64,000 nt of DNA, taken from positions 23,932,001 through 23,996,000 of the forward strand of contig OZ038378.1 in assembly GCA_964036045.1 (NCBI GenBank), in the 5' to 3' direction. This document shows positions 1-12,231 of the stretch, in pieces. The notes under the pieces are model-generated. The model was not told the DNA's origin. It saw nothing but the letters and a program-made list of their open reading frames with translations, and searched no databases. The first letter of the stretch is position 1; each line of letters opens with the position of its first letter. The position numbers were made by a program, and so were the translations under genes. The stretch is from Eutreptiella sp. 'Long Island Sound 2002' (taxonomy: Eukaryota; Protista; Euglenida).

Positions 1-1
1 G

Positions 2-1153
2 GATATTTATCTCTCCATACCAGGTATCCTGCTCACTTACGTTCTACTGGTGGCAGTAGAACACTTAAAGATAAGTCATTAGCAAGGCTATACCGACTTG
101 TTTTCCAATATGCCCCAACCCGACTTCATCTTGGTATTATGGTGCGCGATTGTTCGTGGTACCACCGTACACCCGGTACCGGTGAAGCAGCCAAGCGGTG
201 CCTGCAAAATTCTCTTTACTTGATTCAGAAGTTGAACCTGCAGCACAGAGACGGTGGTTACAAGCGAGCTGTGCACTTAGCACTACGAATGTGGTCCCCA
301 TACCACTCTTCCCTTCATGCATCTGCCTTTGTGGAGGAGAAGGGGGAGGCCCCGTTGTCCCGTTTGGCACGGGCAATGGGTGAGGACACCAGCATTACCA
401 GCGTTGATGACTACCACAACGTTTTTGTTACCTTACGCCACCAGCAGCCCGGTACTCGGAAGCCCCCAACAAGCCCCCACATCACCCGCGAGTCAGTACG
501 AGCTGTGAGCATGCATCTTACACGGTTGCTAGCATGCATTCATGCTGGTACTGTGCCGTTTGTTAGAAAGATGGCTACTCGGCCACGGCCGGGTGCCCGG
601 GCTGCCAATACCGTGCAGGCTACTATGCAGTGGCCGGAGGACCCTACCTTTGTATTTTGTCTCAACACCCGGGTTGCGGATGCAACCTTGCTGCATGGTG
701 CATACCGTTTGTTGGACGTGTTGTTGTTTAGTGAGACAAAGGTAGAAAGTTAGCCTAGGTTTGATGCAGCAAGGGCTCATCTACCTCGCGACGTGGGGGC
801 TGAGGTGCCTGTGCACCCTGCGTTCCGCGAGTTCAAGCAGCGGTTCATGAACTTTTATGGCCATTTTGGGTATGCACGCCCGCACCCCTTCCCCGCTGAC
901 AGGGATGCTTTGGGGGATCCAGACCCCCCGGACGCGCCGGCAGGGGCGGGGGGGGGGGGTCCGTGTCCTGCCTCAAGTTGTACCCAGGCCTGTTGCCGCA
1001 GAGCCTGCACCACAGAACCCTGTGGGTCCTATTGTGGATGGTGATGATGCCACCAGCAGTGATGCATCATCATCTGATGTATCGAGCTTGACGTCTGCTG
1101 TTGTGGACAGTGACAACTCGGATGGGGTTCAGTATGTGACTATTATCGATTAG
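2..1153 (+). pseudogene. Unassigned coding fragments, probably part of a large transposon (ORF 139-753 plus acidic Ser/Asp tail 857-1153)
   Basis: Protein-like open frame extends upstream of Met139; removing a putative intron at 24-70 gives DIYLSIPDKSLARLYRLVFQYAPT...; no family recognised. Confidence 0.35.
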
Positions 1154-1760
1154 CCCCACTGTTTTACTGCCAGCAGGAGAAGACCACGGCCGTGCTCAGC
1201 CCCCCCTTGTAAATGCATGGCATGCATATACGGTGCCGGTGTGCGGTGCTTTTGTGTGTTATGTGCATGGAGTTTGCAGAGTGTTTCACTGCCAACAACA
1301 GAAGGTAGTTTGGGTAGCTGCGATGTACGCCAATGTCTGTTGCGTCGTGCGACGTCCCTTTCGTACAACACCAGTTTGGCATAGAGTGGTTATGTGTTCC
1401 GCAGAAAGTGACTGCCTGATGTTCTACTGTCAGCAATAAAATGTGGTACGAAGTAGCAAGTAGTAAACATATTTCGGCACTTGAGATGTAGGTTCCTGTC
1501 TGGGTTATGAGTCTTTATCGTGTTTCAGTGAAACGTTGCAGGCCTCTTCTACGGCACAAGCAACAAGGATTGTCCCATTTCTATTCGTGGAAGCAGTGCC
1601 TGGGGTTGTTGTGTGTGGATACACGTGGTACACGGAAGCTTGAATCTGCAGGGTCCAGCCACGTAGGGGACAGACCAAATGATTGCATGAAGCAATGTGC
1701 CAAAACATAGTGTGAACAGTGCCAAATTTGCCCGTAACTTAGGCCATTTGGGCCTTTTTT

Positions 1761-2577
1761 TTGGATTTCTTTGCACATCTACCCATGGGACCACTTGTAG
1801 TGAAATGGTTTCTGATGGTGGCAGTGCTCGCATGGGGTGCGCAGGATACAGGGCCGCCTGCAGAAGCAGGCCCCCCCTCCCCCCGAGAGACTTCCCTTGC
1901 CCCAAACGTCCCGTTGCCTGATCCTGCTGCGGACCTCTCCGACGACAAAATTGAGGAAGTGCGCATGGATGCACCACCAGACCCTGGCATTGGCACACGA
2001 CAAGACCGGGGTGCGGAGCTAGCAGGCGATGACGATGAGGAGGAGGAGGAGGAGGAGAATGTCGAGGAGGAGACAGGCAGTGGAGGTGAAGAGACAATGG
2101 ACACACCACAGCATCGGACGGACGAAGAGGCCGAAGCAGCACTGGCAGAGGTCCGCAAATGGATTGCATGGCAGGGGTACGTACCAGTGAAGCAGCTGGT
2201 GTGGCGTGGAGCGCGATGCTCCTCAGCACGGCTGTGGGGGTGTCTGGTTTCATCACCAACCCCTGTGTCTCTGTGTAGGGCTTCGGCAGGTCTGCTTCAT
2301 CAAACCCTGCCCCCCCCCCCCCCCCACCCTGTGCCATTGGTGCCATCTTCTGGTTGAAGATCTCATGTACGCCGGCGGAAATGTGCTGACCCGCAATGGG
2401 GAGGTACGCAGAGTCTGTGGACAAAGCGCATGTTTTTACTGTCTCCAAAAAAAATTGGTAGCAGCCACTTGCTGGCTTCCTGCGATCAACAGTGCACAGA
2501 TCGGAAATGATTGCTACTGTTAGCAGTAAAAGGCAAACAACATTGTGCACTGGAGGCGCAAATACCTTGCAGGTCAA
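1761..2577 (+). pseudogene. Spliced coding fragments, possibly MULE-like transposase remnant
   Basis: Acidic ORF 1761-2176; exons ending at 2403 and spanning 2533-2577 join as DLMYAGGNVLTRNGE|ANNIVHWRRKYLAGQ, loosely like the MULE TxNxxE motif. Confidence 0.25.
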
Positions 2578-2694
2578 GTAAGTACGTCTGCACCTCCGCC
2601 ACCAAGCCTCTAAGTCGCAGGCTTGCCCTAATTTTGTCCAGCGCAGCGGAGTCATGAGGAGACCACCTTCAGCGAGATCATTGGAAGCCTAGCT

Positions 2695-3880
2695 GAACTG
2701 TGCCAAAAAACACCGTTTAAGGGTACAAAAAAGCCATTTTTGGCATTTTTTTGAGCAAAAATGGGTGTTTTTAGGTGCCGGCGCGCCTGAAAACCTTGTT
2801 ACACGGCTTCCAGTTGACGAAACACATGCGTTTTTGAGTCCAGCACCCTCAAAATAGGGTAGGGGGGGCTGCAGGTGACCGCCAAGGGCCAAAAAACACC
2901 ATTTCAGGGCAAAAAAAAGCCATTTTCGGCATTTTTTCGCATAAATGGCTGTTTTTAGGTGCTGGCGGGCCTGAAAACCTTGTTACACGGCTTCCAATTG
3001 ATGGAATTCAAGAGTTTCTGAGTCAGGCACCCTCATAATAGGGTAGGGGGGGCTGCAGGTGACCGCCCAGGCCCAAAAAACACCATTTAAGGGTAAAAAA
3101 ACACCATTTTTGGCTTTTTCTTGGAGCAAAAATGGGTGTTTTTAGGTGCTGGCGGGCCTGAAACACTTGTTACGAGGCTTCTAATTGATAAAACACATCC
3201 GTTTTTGAGTCCAGCACCCTCAAAATAGGGTAGGGGGGGCTGCAAGTGACCGCCCAAGCCCAAAAAACACCGTTTAAGGGTTATAAAAACGCCATCCTTG
3301 GCATTTTGTTGAGCAAAAATGGCTGTTTTTAGGTGCTGGCGGGCCTGAAGCACTTGTTACGAGGCTTCTAATTGACGAAACACATGCGTTTGTGAGTCTA
3401 GCACCCTCAAAATAGGGTAGGGAGGGCTGCAGGTGCCCGCCCAGGCCCAAAAAAACCATTTCAGGGCAAAAAAAAGGCCATTTTTGGCATTTTTTGAGCA
3501 AAAATGGCTGTTTTATGGTGCTGGCGGGCCTGAAACACTTGTTACGAGCCTTCTGATTGATGAAAGACATTCTTTTTTGAGTCCAGCACCCTCAAAATAG
3601 GGTGGGGGGGGGCGGCAGGTGACCACCCAGGCCCAAAAAACACCGATTAAGGGTAAAAAAAAGCCATTTTCGGCATTTTTTTGAGCAAAAATGGCTGTTT
3701 TTTTGATGCTGGCGGGCTTGAAAACCTTGTTACACGGCTTCCAATTGATAGAACACATGCGTTTTTGAGTCCAGCACCCTCAAAATAGGGTAGGGGGGCT
3801 GCAGGTGCCCACCCAGGCCCAAAAAACACCATTTCAGGGCAAAAAAAAGCCATTTTGGCATTTTTTTGAGCAAAAATGGG
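2695..3880. repeat. Tandem repeat, ~186-bp unit, ~6.4 copies
   Basis: CAGCACCCTCAAAATAGGGT recurs at about 2841, 3025, 3212, 3399, 3584, 3772. Confidence 0.95.
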
Positions 3881-4362
3881 TCTCGAGGGCGATGGACCAT
3901 CCGCTTGTGGGATTGCACGGGCCTGCCACCCAAAAGCATGCAGAAGGTACTGTCGGAGGAGGTGACCACCACACAAAACGCACTGCCGCCAGACTTTGAA
4001 GGTGAGTTGTCGTTGTTTGCCAATGGGACCCCGGTGACCCCGGCTGCGGTAAAGGCCCTGGACAAGCGCTTTGAGGAGACAACGAAACAGGCAAAGAAAA
4101 TAGACAAGCAGGCGATGTAGCAGGAGGCCAAGCAGGAGGCCATCAAGCTGGCAGGGCAGCAAGTATGCTGGAGGCAGCCGGCAAGAGGACCAGCGCATCA
4201 TCCCAACTGTCACGTCTGATGGAGAGCCCGTTTCCCTTGCCTGCCCCGGATGAGAATCCTCGGCATGACACAACAGGGCCCGTTGTTGCTGGTACTCCAA
4301 AGAGTAAGGTGTCACAGTCTAAGGCTAGCCTTGCTGCCAAGTTGTCTGCCAATGCCTCCTAG
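3881..4362 (+). pseudogene. 5'-truncated coding remnant of unknown protein
   Basis: SRGRWTIRLWDCTGLPPKSMQKVLSEE...KALDKRFEETTKQAKK reads as protein; in-frame stop at 4118 and a frameshift before ...AAKLSANAS*. Confidence 0.4.
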
Positions 4363-4545
4363 TCTACTCCTGTTCTAGAGGCCACCCTTTTACGTTTTTG
4401 GGTCTGTTGCAGCCAAGTGTGGTTGATGTCATAAAAAACTTTGTTGCCATCTAAGTTACTTTCTACTAACTTACCGATTCAGTGTTTATTGCATTTGACA
4501 CAAAACATGTGTCTTCCCACAACGGACCGTCGCTACCATTTTTAG

Positions 4546-4685
4546 GTGTTGCTTGACCAACAAAGAGTTGAAATTTACTCTAATATTATTGATTTATTGC
4601 CCAATATTGTAGTTGAACATTGTAACGGCAGTTTGGCTACAATTGATGGTTTATTGTTGGCCCTCATCTCTTGGCAATTACTGTT
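4546..4685 (+). CDS. Isolated exon-like segment of unknown protein
   Basis: ttttag|VLLDQQRVEIYSNIIDLLPNIVVEHCNGSLATIDGLLLALISWQLLL|gtaaga. Confidence 0.3.
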
Positions 4686-6129
4686 GTAAGAGTGTTTATG
4701 TGTGTTTTTCTTGCGGAGCCCCGATCGTGTTCTTGGGACTATCCAATTTCAACCCCTACCTCCATGCAACCTTAAACCTCGTACCCCCCATTGTGCTAAT
4801 ACGCGTGTTGTCTCTCACTACCGGTTGGTCTTGTCGCGGATGGGCAGGCCAGGCTACCCCCAGATGCTTGTTGCCTAGATAGGGCCCAATAGTAGTTTTC
4901 AACGCCATTTCCATGTACCCTTTGTGAATGGGCGATAACTTTCCTTTTGAATGGGCGTTGAACCTAGTGTGAATGTGGCCATTGAGTTCGCATTCACAAG
5001 CTAACAGGGAGGATGTAGGTTTGGACCCATGTGAATGGAAGAGAAATGGGGGCAGTGAAGCTATAGTGCACCAAGGATAGGTCACCCTTGTTTGTAGTAC
5101 TCTAGGAAATATGTTTCTAGAATTTTTGGGCGCATAGCTACGTTGTAAGAGGGGTGGGAAAGGGGACTTTATGGCAAAACACGCATTGCATTGTTTTCTG
5201 TGCACTTGGACTGTGCTGTATTCCCTTTATTAATCAACTCAGGACGTCCATAGGTCTGTCGTGTCTCGTATCTGGTTCTTGTGGTGCAGGTTCTACTGCT
5301 TACGCTAAAAAAAACAGGTACCGTCTTATAAAACACTGGTATGAGACTTGCAGCTATGTTTCCTTTTTACGAGGAGACACTGTTGTGCATGCTTGCCTTC
5401 TACTATTCTGTACCATGTCAACATAGAAAGTTGTGTGCCTACGCCTCGTACCTGCGCCTTTTCCGATTACCATTTCCTCGCACATTCATGTTTTCCACCC
5501 TCTACAGGCGAGTTCTACTGCCAGCAGTAGAACGAGTTGGCGTCTGAGATGTGGTTCTAGCAGGGGTGCTATGAAGCCTAAAATTCATTTTTGAGTCCGG
5601 GCACAGGCCTGAGATTTTGTTTCGAAAAAGGGGGTGTTCGTCGTGCCCCCAAACCACCCTTTAGTAAGTTACCCCGAAAAGGGTAACTTTGCACCCCCAA
5701 GATATCAGGAAACGGTATCTCTTGTTTCGCATACCATATTGTCTTGTGTCTTGCCATGTGGGAATCCACCGAACTTAATGTGAATTTCGCGCGAATTTCG
5801 TGCAAGTTTTGCGCGAAATTCACAGGGGTGTTGTAAACCGGGTAACAGAAGTGGCAAGCACACACAACTTTTCTTTTACTGCCAGCAGTAGAACACGTTG
5901 CACATTGACAAGGGCCCAGTGCAAAGCAGCGCAGTTTGCCCCACACACAGGGCACCAACGCATTGCAGTGCCAGGCAGCAACCAGTATCCACGGGGGGGG
6001 TTTACTGCCAACAGTAGAACACTAGCATGCATCAGACTCTATGATTACTTAGTGTTTTGGAAAGCTTGGTGGAATGCCGTTACACTCCATCCCACCAAGC
6101 CTACATGGCTCTTGGTAGATACAAAATGT

Positions 6130-6458
6130 ACAACAACATTGAAAATATGGCCAAAAAACATGCTAAAAATGTGGATGGAGAGCCCCGCTTAATTGATGAG
6201 GAGGAGCCGCCATACCCGCCCAGAGGAGCACAACTGTTGGATGCTAGCTATTCTAAAGAAGATGCTGTGGTGCCCATCATGGCATCATGGGGGTGTCCCT
6301 GCATGTCACGTGTGTCCGACATGACACCTATTGTGGAGGGAGATTGGTTGAGTGACAAGGATATAATGGCGTGGCTTACCAACATGTTGTGTGACAATGA
6401 AGTTGGTGAGCCACATGCATGGGTGCTTGCAAAAAGTGAAGAAGTATGCAAGCACTAA
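6130..6458 (+). pseudogene. Ulp1/SENP (peptidase C48)-like protease, N-terminal fragment
   Basis: VEGDWLSDKDIMAWLTNML...EPHAW matches the WLxDxxI motif and the copies at 24118 and 50450. Confidence 0.6.
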
Positions 6459-6479
6459 GGCAAGTTGACATGTTGATTG

Positions 6480-7190
6480 CCTTTTTCCCTTGGTCAAATC
6501 GTGGTGGTTTGGCCTAGAGGTGGCACCACATGTTTATTGTTAATAGTTGAACCCCGCCCCAAGGCAAGGTTGCCTCATGTGATCCCACCACAAATAGTGC
6601 ATGTCCATCCTTGGAAAGCGAGTCTAGGTCCATGAGGGGTTTCCAAAGGACTTAACAGCTTGGTTGGAGCACGACCAAATGTTTGTTGATGACCCTACCA
6701 CGGATATCAAAAAACATCTCTTTCAGGCTTGTGGACGAAACACCAATCCACATGCAAAGCCTAAAGCTGTCAGACTTGAAGGCTGATGTGATCTTCGCTG
6801 ATTTCTTGTAGTTGGTGCATGTTTTGTTGTATATTCTCCTCCTCTTTTCTCTCCTGTCCTCTCCTCTCAAGTCACCCTTCATGCCATGGCTCCATTGGTT
6901 TACCCATGTTGGAGGTACCCAAAATGTCCATGGGGGACATATGGTTCACTTCTTTGGGCAGTAATGGTGGTTGTTGGGTCATTGTTGTTGTTGTTGCTCT
7001 CTTTTTTTCTGAAAAAAACAGCGTAGGTGACTTCCGCCAAAATAAAATAAATTTGTCACTTTTTGTCTACATGCGACATACACCAAATAAAAAGGGGCAC
7101 GCGATTTCGGCAAAAAAAAAAGTACAAGATGTGCGTGTTTTCCTGCACATGACCTACACTTTCCTCGGCCATTAGGCACTCCATGGAATA
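6480..7190 (-). mobile_element. Transposon end segment with inward-facing degenerate ORF
   Basis: Homologous to 24850-24965 and 57230-57575; minus-strand peptide EVNHMSPMDILGTSNMGKPMEPW. Confidence 0.5.
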
Positions 7191-7473
7191 TGGCCTGCAT
7201 GGCAGTGTCAAGGTAATAAAACTCCCAGTGTCACAACAGACTTGGGCTGTACAGCCCGGATGTGTTCATCATGTCACCTGAAAAGGTGCGTTGACCTTGG
7301 GTATACCAGCAACCGACTTTAATGCTGGCAGGGGCTGGTCACAGAGTGTCGGTGAGTGTCCATGATATGGCGTGCAACCAGAGAAGCATCGGCAAGGAAA
7401 CCCCCCCAATTACTAGGATATGTGGATTGCTGGAAAATCAATGCGCTAACCCTCAATTTGTATTTGGCTGCAG

Positions 7474-7656
7474 ATTGAGATCAAAGACGGTTCAGACCCG
7501 TTAATAAACGACAACAATATTCACAACGGTTACAGCTATGGGGTTCGGTGCACGGACAGGGGCCATGCAGTCATCCGTGATTGCAAGCTGCAGGGCCATG
7601 GTTCCGCCCATGTCTGCATTGGAGCTGAATCTGAGCCCACAGTAGAGAACTGTCAG
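7474..7656 (+). CDS. Parallel beta-helix repeat protein (FBXO11-like PbH1/CASH), first exon identified in window
   Basis: cag|ATTGAG...TGTCAG|gt; 183 nt, phase 0-0; IEIKDGSDPLINDNNIHNGYSYGVRCTDRGHAVIRDCKLQGHGSAHVCIGAESEPTVENCQ, a typical beta-helix repeat. Confidence 0.88.
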
Positions 7657-8933
7657 GTGTGTTTTTTGCATAGCAGTGTGTTCTGGTCCGATTCAGCCCC
7701 CATACAATTTCTGTTGCTTCAAAGCACCCTCCCCTTCCCACCCTTCACTTGAGATGATTGTTGTGCAGCTGTTTGCAGGTTTTCTATTTGTTCAGCCAAG
7801 CCCCTACCGGCGTGTGCCTCAAAGCATGGGCCGTGGATGTTTCTGGCATTGCAACCACCGGAAACCATCAGAAACCAGTTGTACAGCCCAATCGACGGCC
7901 GAAGGGCCCAGGGAGAAGCCCACTTGCCCACAAGCTGCGGAGGACAGTTCATGTTCGGCAGCAGCCCCACAGTGCAGGGTAGGGAACTGGTAGTGTCAGG
8001 TAGACGACAGCTCACGCTACCCCCTGAAGTTCATTTTGCCTGCACACGACAGGGCTATGATTTTACCACAGGACGGTGATGCAAAACGGTTGTACAGCAT
8101 GTTGTCTCCCCTACGCCCCCCTTCCCCTCCTTTAGAGGCTGCAAAACACGTCTTTCTGCGCCCTACTGTGGGCTTGCTGTCACAACATTCCTAAAACCAT
8201 CCCTTCAGGGGGTTGCCAATTAGTCAAGGAGCGCCAAAACCACTTTCAGCATTTGTCTTGACAAAAGTGGCCTTTTCAGTGCAAACAGAAAATCTGTGGC
8301 TTTCAGACGGGCTATGCATGTCCTGTTGCATCCCAACATGGGTATAGTGACACAACATCCCCAATACCGCCCGTTTGGAGGGTACCAGCCAAAGCATGCC
8401 ATCTTTGCCTGCGATCCTCAGAGCAGTTGCTGGAGGGCTTGTCCTACTGGAGAGGGGAGCTCTTCTGACCTGCCATGCCGAAGGCAATAGATGCATGGTA
8501 CCAAAATTTTCATGGGCTTTGTGTCATCATTTGGCGTTAAACAAGTGACGCTCCCGGAGGGTTACAGCTGAGCCCATGCAACTGGGGCTGTGTCCCAATA
8601 CATAAATTGGTGTGGTGTGGTATCCACTGAGATTGTTCTTTTCCTTTTGCTCAATGCTGCATGAACATGCTGCTTTTCCAATTCATTCAGCGAAGAGTCA
8701 TTTTCTAGTGTGCAGGTGGGCCACGCATCCTGGAATGCAGCCTGTGTGCAATGCCAAGCATGGGGAATCTTCTGCTTTGGCCCTACTTTGCTGTTGGTGC
8801 TGTTGGTGGAATGCGGTGGTACAGTGCATGTTTTCACCTTTGGCCCCCCACATCCGGACTGCATGTGCATCAAACCAAATGCTGAATTACATGTCCGGGT
8901 CGTCCATGCCGGATGCGTTCCATGTTGGTGCAG

Positions 8934-9039
8934 ATGATCGAAGGAAATGGTGCGGGTCTCCTCTGTGCAAGAAATGCCGCCGGCAATGTGCAAAGTTGTG
9001 TGATCTCGAAGAACGCAGGATCCCAGGTTGAGTTTGAAG
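8934..9039 (+). CDS. Beta-helix protein exon
   Basis: cag|ATGATC...TTTGAAG|gt; MIEGNGAGLLCARNAAGNVQSCVISKNAGSQVEFE(G); ends in phase 1, matching the acceptor at 20182. Confidence 0.8.
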
Positions 9040-9704
9040 GTTGTTGCCCATTCAGAGCCCCCATGCCTACAGTGTGCCCAATGAGTGTGTGGCTTGTTGG
9101 CCAGCTGCTACTGACGACGTGCTGCATGGGGGTCACCACAGTGGCCGGGTGGCAAACGGTGGAATGGCCCTAACCAACCCAGCAGTTGGGCGTCCACATA
9201 GGGTCCTGGAAAGGCGGCATGCAGCGTGGGACCTGATGTCCTTTCACTGGCTTGGTGTGATGAGAAAGGCCATGGCCTATGGGATAGCCAATTTGGCTGC
9301 TATAACCCTCCCTGAGTGAGGGTTGTCCTGACCAGCCCACAGGGTTTTTTCCTCCCACAGTTTGGAATCTGATGCACCAACACTCATAGTTCATCCCCCC
9401 AAAACATTTCAATACAATCCTTAGGTGGATGGAACCAACCGATGCTAGCATTGGCGGTGCTTTGGCCTGAAGATTGGGCTCCGGCACTTCCGCCCGGCAG
9501 TGGTCCGGCCGGCCAAGACTGCTGGGCAGTTCCGACGCACCCCTTCAGCCCCCCACGCCCCCACCCCCCGACCCCTTTTTTTACCCATTTTCACCCATTG
9601 TGTGCTCATTTCCACCACATCCACTCCTTTCTAGGTTGATTTCTCCCCACCATGGGGACCCCGGGAAGGCAGGGATGATGTAGCCACATTGATCTCTCCC
9701 CACC

Positions 9705-11882
9705 ATGGGCCCCCCAGTGACAGATGCCGAGGCAACCATTTTGTCACGGTTGGTTGAGGTTTATATTGGGTTACGGATGTGCACTTCCATCCGTGCCATA
9801 AGTGAGCGGATTCTTCTTCATTGCTCCTTGACATCTGCCCCGGGGCACCATGCTTCACGGCGGTGGATAGTTGAGAAGGCAATTGCAGCAATGCATGATG
9901 CCATGCAAGAGGATGTAACAAACATCCTATGTATGACAACCTTCATTGCACTGTCGCTGTCACTGTCGCTGGACGGCTCAGACAGGCAAAGGCATCTCAT
10001 CAATGAGGATGCCATTCTGCTTGTTTTCCCTGGGACTGGCTCAGGTGGCATGTGTGAAATGTTCCTTGGTATGGTGGATGTGGCGTGTGGTGATGCACAG
10101 GAGATTACAAAGCAGCTGGAATGTGTCCTACTGACCTGGATTCTGGACCGCGATTGGTGGGCGAAAAGGGTGGTGACTTTTGCAGTGGATGGGGCTTCCA
10201 ACCTTGGGGTGCGGGGTGCCAGTGCACGGCAAGTTGTTGATATCTCCACCACAATGTGTTTGCCCTGATTGGGACATGGTTGGTCCTGATGACCCCCATG
10301 GGTGAGCCCTGCCATGTGTTGCAGCGCAAGCTGGGTCATGCATTAGAGGCTGCTGGCCCTACCCATGTTGATTACATGGCAGAGGTGTATTGCCAACGGG
10401 CCTTGTACAATGGGGCACGGCAATGGAAGGAGTTACAAAAGTGTGTGCAAGACCATGTGCCTGATAAACGCCCTGGTTTGCAACTCATCCCCATTAGTCA
10501 TCGCATCAAGTGGTCGCAGGCAAATGCGCGTCGCAACACTGCTTTTTGGCCCATTTCCCCTGGGTGGCACGGCATTTGGATCTGAAGGTGCAACATTCCA
10601 CCAAAGAGGAGGATGTGTGGGAGGACTGCCATGATGCCAGTTTACTTGCATAGGGGGTGGTTGATGGGGACATCCTGCATGGCATGCGGTGTTTTAACAA
10701 TGTGGCATAACTGCGTGCGCCCACTGGTGCACATTTGGCCACTGCCACAGATATGCTACGGGCATGGTTGCAGGAGGTGGCCCGAGAGGAGGGTCCAGAC
10801 TGGTTGCAGTTCAAGGAGCAAACTGTGACAGGTGCGTGGCATGGTGTGCAGTTGGTCCAGTTTGATTCAGGTGGGCAGAAGTGTGCAGCATCCCCCCCTT
10901 TCCAAGCGCCGAGGCACGTGCAGTACCTGATGTGATGCTTGCTGGTATCAGGGAGGGCCAGGCAACAATTGACCCAAGGGGGGTGCTGGAGTGTGCAGTG
11001 TTGTTGGACCATGGCCGTTTGCTAGCTCTGCCGATCAGTGAGCATGCCACATGTGGCGTGCAGCAATTCCGTCAATTCATGGCTTTACACCAAGATGAGT
11101 TGAGTGCAGCACATGTGAACTGCGACCGTGTCTTGGCAGAGTGGGCATGCCTTAAGGAGCACATGGTAAAGCCTTTTGCAAACGTGCAAATGTCCAAGAT
11201 GTGGGAGGCCTTGGCCCTTGAAAAGGCGCATGCACAGTTGCTGAATGTGTGGCGTGTCCTTGCGTTGTTGCGAACATATTGCCCTGCTGAAGCTGCTGTA
11301 GAGTGTGCCATCTCGTTGTGTGGGAGGTTCAGCAGTAGTATGCAAGACATTGTCGAGACACATGTCCTGAGCATGTGCATGGCATTGCATTCCAACTTGC
11401 CCCCTTTACAGCAATGGGCAAAGGGACAAGGCGTTGCAGTGGCACGCCGCCTGGCTACCCGTGCACATTTTGATTTGCGTCCAAGACAGAGGGTTTCACG
11501 GCAGGTAAATGCACGAGAATCCGTGGAAGCTACGATGCTTCAATGTCTACAAGGTAATGAAGCATTGGCTGATGATGGTGACATCCTGCCCTTCTTTGGA
11601 GGGCCGGGTACACCGCTGAGCTCAACGGCACCATTTAGAAAGGGTACAGAACGGCACAAGGTAGATGTGGTCACAATTGTTGCACCAGATGGTACCCCTA
11701 ACACACATGCTGGCAATCATGACTTCATCACTTTTCAAAGAGGTATGCAGTGTGCCACATGCAAGCAGGTGGTTCGCATCTGGTGCAACACATGTTTGGT
11801 GTTTCATGCATGCTTTTCTGCAGGTCCACACCCTTGTACAGAGGTGGTGGTGAATGTAGCAGATGATGTGCCAGGATGGTGA
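9705..11882 (+). pseudogene. hAT-superfamily DDE transposase, frameshifted
   Basis: LSLDGSD and FAVDGASNLG acidic motifs, CHVLQR (CxxH-like), hATC-like CPAEAAVECAIS, spread over three frames. Confidence 0.8.
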
Positions 11883-12231
11883 AAACAATAGCGCAGACGA
11901 ATGGGCAACACCACGTAAGCCAGACAAGAGGCGTGGTGTCGCCGGGATGCAGGCAAAGTTAGTAATGGCAACACAGAATGGCAAGCTGCGTGACTGGACA
12001 AGGGCGGCGCTGTTGCACTGTGTCGATGTGCTTGGTGTGAAAGTACCAAGTGGTAGCAACCGTCGACAAACAAGGGAATTTGCTATGCAGCACGCATTGC
12101 CTTTGTTGGCACAGTGGGATGCCTTTGTGCCGGATACAGACTGTGTTACACGTTTTGCAGTACCGCCAAGCAGCTCCCAACCCTGCTGCTCCCAACCTGT
12201 GGATGACATGGATGGACTCATGGATGAATAA
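11863..12231 (+). CDS. Small ORF downstream of hAT transposase, unknown function
   Basis: Protein-like 122-aa frame (RDWTRAALLHCVDVLGVKVPSG...); may be a frameshifted continuation. Confidence 0.3.
   Translation: MMCQDGENNSADEWATPRKPDKRRGVAGMQAKLVMATQNGKLRDWTRAALLHCVDVLGVKVPSGSNRRQTREFAMQHALPLLAQWDAFVPDTDCVTRFAVPPSSSQPCCSQPVDDMDGLMDE

Noticed and set aside
1549-2655. 368-aa minus-strand ORF
   Set aside because: Antisense shadow of an acidic + strand coding region and intron; composition is not protein-like
7229-7350. Candidate upstream exons of the beta-helix gene
   Set aside because: AG/GT-bounded, but the translations lack the repeat pattern, so they cannot be supported
8562-8720. LINE RT-like fragment on the minus strand (HVHAALSKRKRTISVD...)
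   Set aside because: Resemblance is weak and no catalytic YADD or other RT motif was found nearby
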